This document shows, one piece after another, positions 35,801-47,900 of a stretch of DNA of 55,772 nucleotides. The DNA is taken from NCBI GenBank assembly GCA_000934665.2, contig KZ538657.1, positions 1 through 55,772 of the forward strand, given 5' to 3'. The notes under the pieces were generated by a model. It saw nothing but the letters and a program-made list of their open reading frames with translations. It was not told the origin of the DNA and searched no databases. Numbering within the stretch: position 1 is the stretch's first letter; every line of letters starts with the position of its first letter. This DNA is from Catajapyx aquilonaris. Taxonomy: Eukaryota. Position numbers and translations under genes: made by a program.

Positions 35801-36092
35801 GGAAGGCTACTTATTTTTTTACATAAACTTGACGAGTGTCCCTTCTCAATTGTACTATTTTGACCCCATGGTCCAGTAACTTACGTAGTAGTAGCAAGTT
35901 AAAACTAGGCAGGTTCATTGTAGACACCCCGTACTTTTATAATAAAATGACTAGAAGTTCCCATTTATCAGTAACAGGTATACAGCCATATCCTTACTTC
36001 ATAATGAGAACCTTCTTAGAGATTTTCTGATCAGTTTAGTTTTGTCGGCCACCCTGTAATGACATAATCACAATACTAACCTGACTTGTTTA

Positions 36093-38957
36093 TCACACGG
36101 AGGACATGTACTGCGAGGACCGTCCACCCTTATTGCTCTCCTGTGACGTCTGCCTCTGAACTTTTCCTCCCTTGTTGTTGTTCCCACTCCCATCTTTGGT
36201 CTCAAACATGGCAGCCATGTCCTTGATGCGTCTTGGGGATGTTGCCTGCTGCTCACTTTTGCTGGATCTTCTAGCGTTGCCATTGGCACTTCCATTGGCA
36301 CTGTTTCTCTTGTCCTTTACTGGGCAATGGACACTCCAGGATGCAACACGTTCCCTTACATTCACGTCTTCAGTTTCGTCTTTGTGGCGAGTAGGTGCAC
36401 TAGTTGGCCGCTGATCTTTTGACACACTCGTTGGCTGGTGATCATTTGATGTGCTGGTTGGCTGTTCACTGTTTGACTTTGAGGGTGACTTTTCTGGGTC
36501 ATCTGCACGAGTGGGGCTTGCGGCCTTTTGCTTGAGCCTCAATATAACGGCATCCTTCTCACCTCTAAAGCTCTCAGATCTGTACTTCTCCCGCAAGAAT
36601 GAACGCCGTTCTTCCTTATACTTTTCAATGCGTTCGCGTGTCTTAGGATCATTCATATCGACGAGGCTGGTAGCTGATTTTTGTTTATTAAGATCGCCGC
36701 TACTAGACCCACTTGAGTCGGTTCGCGACATGTCTGTGTTGTTGGATGAGGCGGTGTCGCTCTCCGAGCTGGTGCGCTGACGCTCCAGTTTGTCCCATCC
36801 AGTCAATGCTTGTTCATCAAGGGAAGTTGCCATCTTCTCTGGGCGCTTTCTGGTTGCTCCTGATGGCGGCTTACGCTCAATACGAGGTGAATCATCTGAT
36901 TCAAATTTTGACAGAAGCTCTTTCACTGACGCTTTGCGTTCAGCTAGTCGACGTGCATCTGAGAACTTTATGGGGCTTTTGAGATCTGGGCTCTCAGGAG
37001 TCTCTTTTGTCGACTCATCAGACACCGACATTGTCATTCTGTCCAGTGTGTCAGATGTGTCACTGCGACATGCACCAATCTCATGCATTGATGCATGGTC
37101 TGAGCGCCGACGAACTGGAAGCTTGTCAACATCTCCATCTGATGGCGTAGTTGGTGCTGATTTAACCACTTTGCCTTCACGGACACGTTCAAGTTCCAGC
37201 CTCATTCGCCTCTCACGTAGCATGTCACGTCCTATTTCTGATTCTAGTCTTCGCTTGGGATCACCATTGTCAGGTATTATATCTGGCTGGGATCTTGCTG
37301 TTGGAGTAGTTGGTGATGTCCCACCAAAGCATGGGCTCCTTGCTGCCATTTCAATAACTGTTGTGATTGTCAAGCTAGTGGTCTCATCACTTGAGGTTGG
37401 TTCTGTTGGAAGAGATGATGATCCAAGGTCACTCAGTGATGGATGAATAGTTGTAGTTGACGATGGTGACAAGCTTGGGACATCCTCTGGTGAACGGGTT
37501 GTGTCCGGATGAAAGACTGACTCAGGAAGGGCTAGATACAAGTCACGACGTTCTGCACCCACATTGAGAGCTACATCCAAGATTGCATCAGTTTCTGCAA
37601 CAACTGGTGTGACAATCGCATTAACTTCCTGCACACTTCGCCTGAAGACCTTAACCTGCTCATAAACTGTTTCTTCTGGCTCTGAATCAGGTTTGAAATT
37701 GACATTTTCATATACAGGCTTCTCCGGAACATTCTCATACGTCGGTGTGGCTTCCTTCCAACTTAAGTTCTCGTATTCGTGCTTGCGTACATCAGGTTCT
37801 GCACCAAAAGTAACATTTTCGTATGGCTTGTCTTCTGCCGGTGTACTTGGCTCAGTGTCACTCACTAGTGGCACATACAGAAAGTTCTGTGCTTCATCAC
37901 GTAAAGGAGTGTCAGGAGTTGTCCCGCTTGAGCTAGGAGCATCACTTTCTACTGCAACAGCAACACTGCTATGCAAGGTAAAACTCTCATTTTCTGAGAC
38001 TGTTGCACCAGCAGCTGAGACACTCTCAGATGGACTGCATCCACTGTCATTCCACTGTGCAGCATCCAAATTCTCCAGTGAATCATTGTCTTGCACAGGA
38101 CCAAACACATCTGACTTGACCTGTGCATCAGTGCTGGCTGGCTCAGATGCTGATGAATCATCAGGGCGATTATGAACTTCAGCAATAACAACTGCTGCTG
38201 TTTGGTCATCACCATCAGGAGAGGAGTCCATTGTTCTCCAGTGCTCATCATCAGGTGATGGTGCATCTATAAACTGAATATCTGCAGTAGGACTTTCTGC
38301 ATCTTCTTCCTCAATCTTTGACCGCTTCCCACTTTTTGAACGTGGTGATGTGCTCGGTGACAGAGGTTTTTTCTTCTTTGGGCTGTCAGTGTCAGTGTCT
38401 ACCTCAGCCATCTTTGCAATGCGACGTGATGACGGTGGTGACACGCGACGGTACACTCGATTACGAACTGGTGACCTTGAACTCTCACTTCCAACTGATG
38501 TTGATCGAAGTGTTTCATCCTCAGAAAATATCTTCATCTCACTGTCTTCTAGTTCAAAATTCAGCTGAATTTCACTCAGTTCTAGAGACACTTTCGAATA
38601 ATGTGGAGATGAATCTGTGTCCATTTCTTCTTGTTTGGATGGTGTCTCATCCTTATGCCTCAGTTCACCCAATTGGTCAAAGTACGAGTCATGTGACACT
38701 GACCGATTGTGGCATCGTGGACTCAGTTTTAACTGAGAACTTCCAACAGGGGAGGCAATAGTATCTTCTGATTCTTCAGCACTACCAACATTGTTGTTGT
38801 TGGGAAGGTCATCCTTGGCACGTGGAGAGCGATCAATATCAAGGGGAGTCTTTGGAGAGCCCAGTGAAAGAGAGGCAGACACCAGAGACTCTGCACTTTT
38901 CACGGGGCGAAGTGATGCTTTGCGATTCTGAAGGGAGTCACCCTCTGAAGCCTTTTC
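36093..38957 (-). CDS. CdGAPr: RhoGAP terminal exon (long Ser/Pro/acidic disordered tail)
   Basis: Acceptor ttattacag|GAA in frame with the 936-aa ORF; encodes LRPVKSAESL; stop TGA at 36095-36093. Confidence 0.9.
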   Translation of the reverse strand, partial: EKASEGDSLQNRKASLRPVKSAESLVSASLSLGSPKTPLDIDRSPRAKDDLPNNNNVGSAEESEDTIASPVGSSQLKLSPRCHNRSVSHDSYFDQLGELRHKDETPSKQEEMDTDSSPHYSKVSLELSEIQLNFELEDSEMKIFSEDETLRSTSVGSESSRSPVRNRVYRRVSPPSSRRIAKMAEVDTDTDSPKKKKPLSPSTSPRSKSGKRSKIEEEDAESPTADIQFIDAPSPDDEHWRTMDSSPDGDDQTAAVVIAEVHNRPDDSSASEPASTDAQVKSDVFGPVQDNDSLENLDAAQWNDSGCSPSESVSAAGATVSENESFTLHSSVAVAVESDAPSSSGTTPDTPLRDEAQNFLYVPLVSDTEPSTPAEDKPYENVTFGAEPDVRKHEYENLSWKEATPTYENVPEKPVYENVNFKPDSEPEETVYEQVKVFRRSVQEVNAIVTPVVAETDAILDVALNVGAERRDLYLALPESVFHPDTTRSPEDVPSLSPSSTTTIHPSLSDLGSSSLPTEPTSSDETTSLTITTVIEMAARSPCFGGTSPTTPTARSQPDIIPDNGDPKRRLESEIGRDMLRERRMRLELERVREGKVVKSAPTTPSDGDVDKLPVRRRSDHASMHEIGACRSDTSDTLDRMTMSVSDESTKETPESPDLKSPIKFSDARRLAERKASVKELLSKFESDDSPRIERKPPSGATRKRPEKMATSLDEQALTGWDKLERQRTSSESDTASSNNTDMSRTDSSGSSSGDLNKQKSATSLVDMNDPKTRERIEKYKEERRSFLREKYRSESFRGEKDAVILRLKQKAASPTRADDPEKSPSKSNSEQPTSTSNDHQPTSVSKDQRPTSAPTRHKDETEDVNVRERVASWSVHCPVKDKRNSANGSANGNARRSSKSEQQATSPRRIKDMAAMFETKDGSGNNNKGGKVQRQTSQESNKGGRSSQYMSSV

Positions 38958-41900
38958 CTGTAATAAAGCAAGGTGTTAGTTAGCAACCACATTGGCACAG
39001 GGTGATGCAGCCCACTGTCACTTCCCCCCTAGCAGTATGGATACAGAAGTTTAATTCCTGTGTCTCCACAAGCAGTATGGATACAGTAGTTTAATTCCTG
39101 TGTCTCCACAAGCCAGGATTTTGGCGCTGGCAGAGCTACAGCATTCACTATACCACCATCTTGTTCAAGGTGCAGTCAAGTGGTAAGTCTGCGGAAGCGA
39201 AGAAGATCAAGCTCATCGGCAGACCGCGGCAGCCTCACCTGCTACCTACCACCCAAGTTGCACCTTGATCAAGATCGCGGCCTAGTGAACTATGGGACAC
39301 AGAAATTACACTAACGTATTAGAGGAGTGTCAGGGGGCTGGGGTGATGGTTGTTCAAAAAGTTTTTAAAACACAACCTACAATATAAAAATAAACAGGCA
39401 TGCAGTTCCAATAATACAATGTGCCAAGATGCACTCTCACAGAAATGGCATCTGGGTGTAGAGGTCAGTGGACATGTGATGGCAACCCTATCTGGTATTT
39501 GTGAGTCTGATTAAACTGGAGCTGTGAGCACTTATGAAGTTCATAATGAAAGGGGGGACAATGCCATCCAATAATCATAAGAGGGGTGTCTCTTTACCAT
39601 GAAAAATGTGGTGTGGATCATTTTCCCAAAGTTCCAAGCTTTCCTGAGCACAAGTCAATCATTTTGGCAACTTTCTCAAAGAAGTTATAGAGTAGGAAAT
39701 GAAGTAGGAAAGCTTCTTCGGTTGTCAGGAAATGAAACAGACAGTGAAGCTGATCTGGAGGGAGATTAGGCAAGTTAAATACAGGGGATACAGAAGAGGG
39801 CAATTGTAAAGTAATTGGTAAAGGGAACAGGGTTCATTTAAAATACACCAGGAGCAATCATTTTCAGTATTAAGCGTAACCACACAACCCAATATTTAAA
39901 GGAAGTCTGAGTGAGAGGTGCCGAAGGTTCTCCACTACTCTGGTGATTTTAACAGGTGTCAATAAAGACAGATAAGGTGTGGGGTCTGGGAATGTAGTTA
40001 TGTCATGAAAGAAGAAATAAGGAGACGAAGAAGACAAGGCCTGGCGACTTCTGGCATCTAGAAAATCTGAATATTTTTTCAAACCAGATGGCAGAGTGTA
40101 GTCCAATGAGTCCCAGTCTCCATCATCACCTAGGGTAGTCAAAGTTCAAGCTTGCGTGACCCAGTTGTTTTAGCGGGTGTTATGTTCGCATCACGCAAGG
40201 CCGACTGATACCCAATTTTCATAAGCCTATCCTCCGGTAAGTTTTTAATTATAAATCTACAAAGGAAACCAAAATACTTAAGAGATAAGGGGTGCAGGCC
40301 GGTCTCCAAATGTAGAAAATAATTAGCTGTGTTGGGGGGGAGGAGAAATTTTTTGAAGATGAAATTTTGTACTTGGTCAAAGATATTGACCTTGGATATC
40401 TCCCACACCTGAGCAGGAAACTCCTGAATTAAAAAGCAAAGTGCAAAGTGATACTGTTTACACGCATTCCAAAAAAGTCCCCTATACAGCCGCACATTAA
40501 CTGGAGACAATAATAATATTAATAGGCATTTGCGTGGTCCATGTAATAAGTGGTTCACAACTTGTGCATTGATAGGAATCGCAAATAGTCTTATAATCCA
40601 TCCCATGTCATAGATATATGTGCGATCCATCTTTGTGGCAAGCGTTTGAATCCATTGCGGTATCTTGAGCTGTCCCAAGTCACAGTCTTATAAGACTCCA
40701 AGTATGTTGGATGCAGCCGCCTCTCCTTATTCCCACCACGAGGCACTGGCTGTGCATAGCCATTAATGTAGGGTAGCGTACAGCAAAGATAAATCTACAG
40801 GACTGCACCAAAAATCTTGGTGATCACATATTCCTTGATGTAAGCAAGATCATGCTTTTCAGGGAATTTTATTTTCCAAGCTACACAAATCATGTGTGTT
40901 TGCACTTCAGACCACATACCAGTGATTTTGTGTGCTCAAATTGGCATAATGTTAATTTTCTATGCATTTCACAACTGAGACCAAGGAAAGGGCCATCCAC
41001 AAATCACATTACTGTACAATACTGAAGCCTAGTTGCATGAACACAAATGAGGGAAAAATCACATTTTTGTAATACCAACAGTATGTATCATCAAAGATTT
41101 CTCCTTAAGTAGCGTTCATACAACTGACCCTAACATAACTAATACTGCATTAGGCAAGCAAAACTGTGACTACTTTTTTTTTGCCATTTTGATTGTGCCA
41201 ATATCCCATTTGTATGTTCCTGGTAGTAACTGCATGTATGCCACACACCCAAATTTATCTTCAGCAGTCAGTGCAGAGAGAGCTTCATTAGGAGAGTGTC
41301 ACAATAGTTATGTGGCCAAGATTGGAATCTGTTGCAGTTGTGCCCAATTTTTCTTCAGAACCATGGTATCTACTGACAGCCATACTCACATTTAGGTTTA
41401 TCCCTGTAGGAGTGGCAGCTTTCTGAGGGCCCTTCTGAACTCGATGCTTCCCAAAGAAGGACTTCCATCCCAATGGAGACCGCTTGTGCTTCAGACTGCT
41501 GCGTTTGCGATTGGGGAGATCAATCACTGTGTGGAACTTGGGTGGCAGGGTTGAAGGTCCACCTCCTACAAGCAACAGTGTAGTGTTAGCAAAGAAATTA
41601 CTGAGATACAATAGAAGACCTCTTAAAAAATCAAACTGCCTCAAATAATAGCAAAAGTACCTATGTCCCATGTCACATCAGCTCTGCATTTTACATGGTA
41701 ATCCTGCAGCAGATAACTCCAGTACAATGAAGATCACATTTTTGACCAAATTTTCCACTGGTGGAAACAAAGACCCTGATTAGGGCTATTGGTAGTCATT
41801 TAATGTACTGTACTGCAGAGCATGTGCCATTACAGGAGGCCAAATGGTTACAAAAAATTCAGCAACTTTTTGCAGCAGTGACACTATAAGTCGTGTAGTA

Positions 41901-44900
41901 AAGTGCCACATATCCTGAGTCTCAAGAAACAGGCTGATGTATTCTAGGAAGGTTCATGTAATTAGGTTATGTGGCTAGTTTCTGCAGGTAACCTAATGAA
42001 GGTGCGTTTGTTCGTATGAAAAGCAAATGCCGTGGTGAGAAATAGTGCAACTTAGAACAAGGCACCTGAAGCCAATATGAATTCAGTGACTTCTTGCACT
42101 TTTATATCCTTGTTGACAGACATTCATGCTTTACTGACTAGAATGAACAAGATCAGTCATTTGTAGTGCAGATGTGCAAGTTCATTTGAATTACCAGGAA
42201 AGAAACTGGCATAGTTGCATGTACCTTGCACTCCTTTCACACATTGGTCAACTGACAGGTTAGTGATGCACAATTGAAATCACTACTTGTTCCCAAAATT
42301 ATAGTGAAACAAGAAAAATTAAATAAACAATAACATAAATCTTTCCCCAAAAAGGAGCAGAAATGCTCCATTTTATATCATTTTACATTTACCTTTTCAA
42401 AATTACCTGTAAAATTGAATATTTTTAGACATTAAAAAAATAACAAATAAAAAATTCAAACATTAACACAATCATTGCTGTAACACCTGAGTCCCAACAC
42501 ACTATAGGCACTTCTTTTGTTTTCCATGGTGCATCTATGTAGACAAGTAAGCCTCAAGTACAGATGCAAGTAGGCCTTGCTTTAGTCCTTTTCATTATGA
42601 TCCTGTTTTGCTAGAACCTAACCTCATCATAAAACAGGGCCTACCTGTATCCAGTTATACTGTAATATGCAAAACCTAATTTTAACTTTCACAATTTTCT
42701 GATCTCAGCTGTTCCCATATTTCTTTACAGAACTGGGACTGAAAATTATCAATGCCATCATCATTTCAAGCCAAGGCATTATGAGGAAGCATGCAATTCT
42801 GTGCTAAAAGCATCTAGTCAAATAAAGGTGCATGTCTCAAACCTATTTTTCCCATGGCATTCCATTGGCACATTCTCACCCCTATTAGCTGTCAGCTGCT
42901 CAATAAATTTGAATTCTTAAATTCATATGGATCATCATCTCCACTGATAAATGTGATTATGAAATAATTTTCATTTACCCTGGTTCTAATTACACAAAAT
43001 TCAACCTTACCGACTTCAATGTACTTCTGCTCAGCTTTGCAATTGGCCAGAATGGCCCTGTTCCTTGCCTCCTCCAGTGACAGCAACTTGGTTGGTGTTG
43101 AGATGGCCAGTGACTTGGGCCTGTTCTTTTTGGGTGACCCTGTCAAGGAATTTCCGTCACTAGTGCTGGCAGTTGGGCATAGGAGGAGCCGGTCGTTAAA
43201 AATTATATCTGCATAACGAATGAGGAACTCGGTGACCACTGCTTGGATGCTGACTCCTTGCAGGGCTGCTACACCTCCCACTTCCAACTCCTTGCACCGA
43301 AGAAGATTGGGAGCCCACACTATGGCCACATTCTTGGGAGTCATGCCAGTGTCATTGCTGCGGCCTGCCACTCGAGCCAGGTGTCTCATGAGGTACTCCA
43401 ATGTTCTACATTTCACAATAATTCAGATTAATAGCATGACATTGCCATTCAAATATTCTTTCCAAAACAAATACTTTCTGAACTCGTGGTGACAGGTACA
43501 TACCTGTAGTGTGGTGGTGGTAGTTGCCTAACAGCATCCCTCATCCTGAGGAGCCTCTGCTCCTCCTGGCACTGCACAGCTTCCACAAACTTGTCGTACA
43601 GCTGGTAGGTGCACAGGGGATTGGGAAGCTCACGGAAGTACATTTTCAGTAAGGAGGACACTGAGTGTATGTCCTGCCTAATGGCCTCATCCTCATACAG
43701 GGCAGGTATGCGGTCCTCATCAAAAGCATTCCTTAGTTTCTGAATGTTGGATGTCACCCCCGACAGCCTGTAGATTCCATCCACAACACCATGGGACTCG
43801 ATGAACTCTGCGCAACACTTCAGTACCATCGGAACTGTGAATGGAAAAAAGTCTATCAGATTGCATTGTTAAGTTGTAAGGACAGTTAAACAATCTCTGG
43901 GACCAATGTTACAATACATTATTTTGAATTCTCCAAGTACAGCTTGCCCACCAACTGCAAGTTTACCTTTGACCTAGTCTCTTCTCAATATCTCCTAAGG
44001 GGTTGTCCATTAAATGTCACACTGGTAAAGATGGGGATTGATGCTGCACAAAGTGTGATGCTTTCTGGGAGGGGTGTTCAAGAGATTGTTATACCCTGTG
44101 ATATAAGGCCTGTGGTCATTCAGGGGATAAACTTTTAAAATCCCATCCTTATTCAATTCCTATGCAATGATGTATTTTGAAAGCTAGGGAGAAAATGCAC
44201 AGCCAGAGAATATATGTGACTATAAAGAGAACCCATTGAAATTCTTTGCACATAAGAAAATCCTCTATCCAACCCAGGAATTGAACTCAATAGTGGAAGG
44301 CTGTGGCACTAACCACAACCTGCCACCCCTCTTTATGGATGACCTGTCAGATATTGCTATGGAGAAACATACAATGTCCTTACATTCAAATTCCTAACAC
44401 ATTAGGTTCCCTCTTTTCAGAAGCACAACATGCCCCTATTTTCCTGAATGTTCCTTGCTCATTCTAATACTTCTCTCACTTAATATGTGCCAAGTGATTC
44501 AACCATGACTATGTGACCTTGAATCACTAGACCATGGCTTGGGTGTCATTTCAGCTATGGTAATTGCATCCCAGTCTGTAGTCAACCATTATAATTCAAG
44601 TTTCCAAGCAGCCCAGGCTCAGGCATAACTCGAGTAAAAATAAATCTACCTATATGACAATCATCAAAGAATGTGGTCATAAAGTGATTCAAGAGACACT
44701 CTTAGAATGGTGTCAGAGATACATTCATACATGCCCCACATACCGTCATGTCCTGAATTGAGTAGGTGCTCCCCAAGATCACATCCAAAGACTCGCTCCT
44801 TCAGTATCCCTGACTGTTTGAGCTTCCTTCTTGATGGTCGGGAGAGTATGAAGCTACGGAAGAAGGCGATGAGCTTCCCATGTTTTCGGAGGACCGGCTT

Positions 44901-47900
44901 GGAAGGCTGCGGTGGAGGTGGGCGTGGAGTGGTAGGAGCAATAAGAGGCAGGCGCTGGGGCACCTTGTCCCCTATGACCTCCACACACTCGCAGGGGAAG
45001 AAGCCCACCTCAAACCCCCGCTTGCCACGCCACCACACACTCTCCTCAGGAGGAGGCATGTCAATCACCGAAATCATGTCACCCACCTAGATGTGCAGAA
45101 AAGGGTGAAAAATTAAATACAGGTACTCAAAAGTATGCCCACCAACAACACAAACAAAAAGAACAATAATAATTTTATGACAAGAGCTTGTCATTGACTT
45201 TTTCCTCATGACACTGTTGGGGAAGCATAGTTGTGGCCACATCTCCTCTGCTGATATATGGCCTTCTCAACAGCTACACAAAACGATTCCATAGTGCAAT
45301 ACCACGGATGGTAAGCATGAGCCAGACTGTTACAACGCAATTATTCCTGCCCTAATTACTATCATACCATCACAAACTTCTTTTTTAAACATCCAACTCT
45401 CCAAGTAGAGGGCTTGTTAAAAACACGGGCCGTAAATTCGTGCGAATCTTGACACATCGGTGCTGTGAAGCCCCGAAAACTTCCTCCTGGTTTATTTCCG
45501 AGCTAACTGCCCACAATTCTCTGGTCCGTCACTTAACTACCCACGCTCTGTAGGAACACAAAAAAAAAAAAAAACGTTCTAAAAAAAAAAGGAGAACTTA
45601 TCCCAAGAGTTCCGGCCCAAATAAAACTCGAGGCCTTGCGTTCAAAAAAACAAACAAAAAAACCAAAAAAACGCCCTGAAAAATGCCGTGCTAAGTAATA
45701 CGACACAAAAAAATATATACAGTATATGTAGTAATCAACATCGCCCACTGGGGAATATTTGCTAGAAAACTACCTACGTGTCCTCCACACCCATTCTTCA
45801 AGGGCAAGGTTGAAGATGGGTAAGTCAGACGCCCTACACATTCCTGACTTATTTGCTATGTATGACGTGTGCCCTTCGTCGTCTTCGTGCTGTTAGAATT
45901 TCTGATGCGGCGCCCATCTTGCATAATCCGACGCAAATATCGAGTATTAAGACCCACCAAAAAATGGTGGTGCTGGAAGGGGGTTGGGAGAAGGAGGTGG
46001 TGGGAGGGCGACCTCCACGTGCCTTGGTAAAAACGGTGCGCCATTACAGTCCTCACCGGATCCATTATGGTGAAGAACGCGCCAGTTCCGGGACCTCCGC
46101 TTTTGGTTTATACGGGGTGTTACAGAAGTTACTTTAGAGTCTCATCGATCAACGTAGAAGTAGCTGGGTGGAGCAACCCAATGTTGGGAACTCAGTCCAA
46201 TTTTAAAGTCTGTTTTCTCTGCCGGGTTCTTACTGTTAGTGCTCCAGGAGGTCGTGTAGCTATAAAAACTCATTCAGATAAGACGAACGAAAATTAAATG
46301 AAAATCTCTGGTTATGGATAAGTATCCACATTAAACCTACATAATCAGTATCTCTCTCTTAATTTGAGTTGATACAACCCGGGCCTAAGTAGCCGATTTC
46401 AGACCAAAGGGTTTGATCCCGACGCATGAAATTTCAGTTAGCGATTAACTGAGCATCATAAAACGGGCCCTTAATCCAAGTAACTTAACTAATACCACAG
46501 GCGCACACAGCGGGAGGGTTTAGGGCCCAATCCCTCCCGTCCCTGTAACAACATAACCTTCTATTTATATATAAAAAAACCGGATTTGTGGACAAGTACC
46601 CATGTAATTATCAGCTGTGTGTTTTGCAGATAACAATTAACTTTAGTTGGTGTTAGCATTACTTCACGCTCTCAGCACAACTTACCCCGCCTTAAAATGC
46701 CCCCCCCCCCCCAAAAAAAAAACTAAAGCAAATCCCTTCGAACGTACTTGTGCTACACCCCCGTACCCAGAATTTGAATGTGTACACCCTGGCACAAACG
46801 GGGTTGCTGCAGGCTAGACCTTCAAGTTGACTTTGGTATCAGTGGCAGCAGGCGGGCAACCGATTCTCAAGAGAGCTCGCTATCCTATCGCCAAGTCTCC
46901 TGGGTGGAATGAAGGAAACTTTCCAGCATCCTCTAGGACCAACTATCGCTAATCAATATGGCCGCTCAAAAGAGAAGGAGGCACCAACCGGTTTATTGTG
47001 ACGCCGCCGAATCGCGTGTCAACTCATGCTAAAAAGGCCAATATCCTCCGGGCAGCAGGTTCAAAATTCGCACCAACGGAGAAGAAAAAAAACACGCGCT
47101 GGTATTGTGCTGAAGGGGGAAAAAAAAAATTGTAAAAATTTGTCCAAATACGGATCAGTCCAAGGCTGATTAATTTCCCAAACGTGCATGATTGATACAC
47201 GAAAAATCGTGTCCCTTCTCATTCGGCCATAAAAGTCCAGCGGCCTTGTCACTGAAAGGACAAGGCCATGCATATGAGCTCGCACAATTTAAAAAATGAA
47301 TTAGTGCACCCAAATGAAACCATGAATCCGGATCTTTTTTGGCAATCGTCCCGCGCTCGAATTCCCACCCGATTTGGTCGGCTCAGGCGGCCTTTTTGTT
47401 TCGTCTCCCGCGGACACCATTGGGGACATTAACGTGCCACGGTTTCGCATAAACGGGACAAAAGACTGTCAAGGAAGGTTACAAACCCAGGGTGACGATT
47501 TTATCCGCGGATAGACCCGCCTTCCATTTTATGGGATAGGAAACCGACTATCAACCCACGCCCTATACGGCTATAAATCCTTCCCAACTGCTATTGGCCA
47601 GGATAAGAAATGTCATGGGAAAAGGTCGATTTTCCTCCTCAATTGCCAAGGATAGGTCAACGCGACCTTTCCAAGTCGTTAACTTATGAACAAATATGAG
47701 GCGTTCTTCAAAGGTGACGGCGAGGTTCAACAGACTTGCTGTGGTATTTAAATATTCAGGATCAGGTCAACGATGTCAAGTGACACTTTGAAATCGCAAT
47801 AACTAATTGCGTGAATTATTTGACAGTAATATTTAAATGAGCATTGTAGTCGACATGCACCTACATGCATTGTACAGTGAACTCGCAAAAGTTAACTGGA

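Noticed and set aside
33400..35830. Extra gene downstream of the RhoGAP stop (ORFs up to 149 aa)
   Set aside because: No domain signal or consistent splice structure; better explained as 3' UTR.
41230..41330. Additional small RhoGAP exon
   Set aside because: Candidate acceptors lead to stops in phase 0, and 41390 joins 38957 in frame without it.
45780..46160. Coding exon or small gene in the RhoGAP intron
   Set aside because: The ORFs have no convincing homology or splice sites; at most a decayed repeat or promoter-like sequence.
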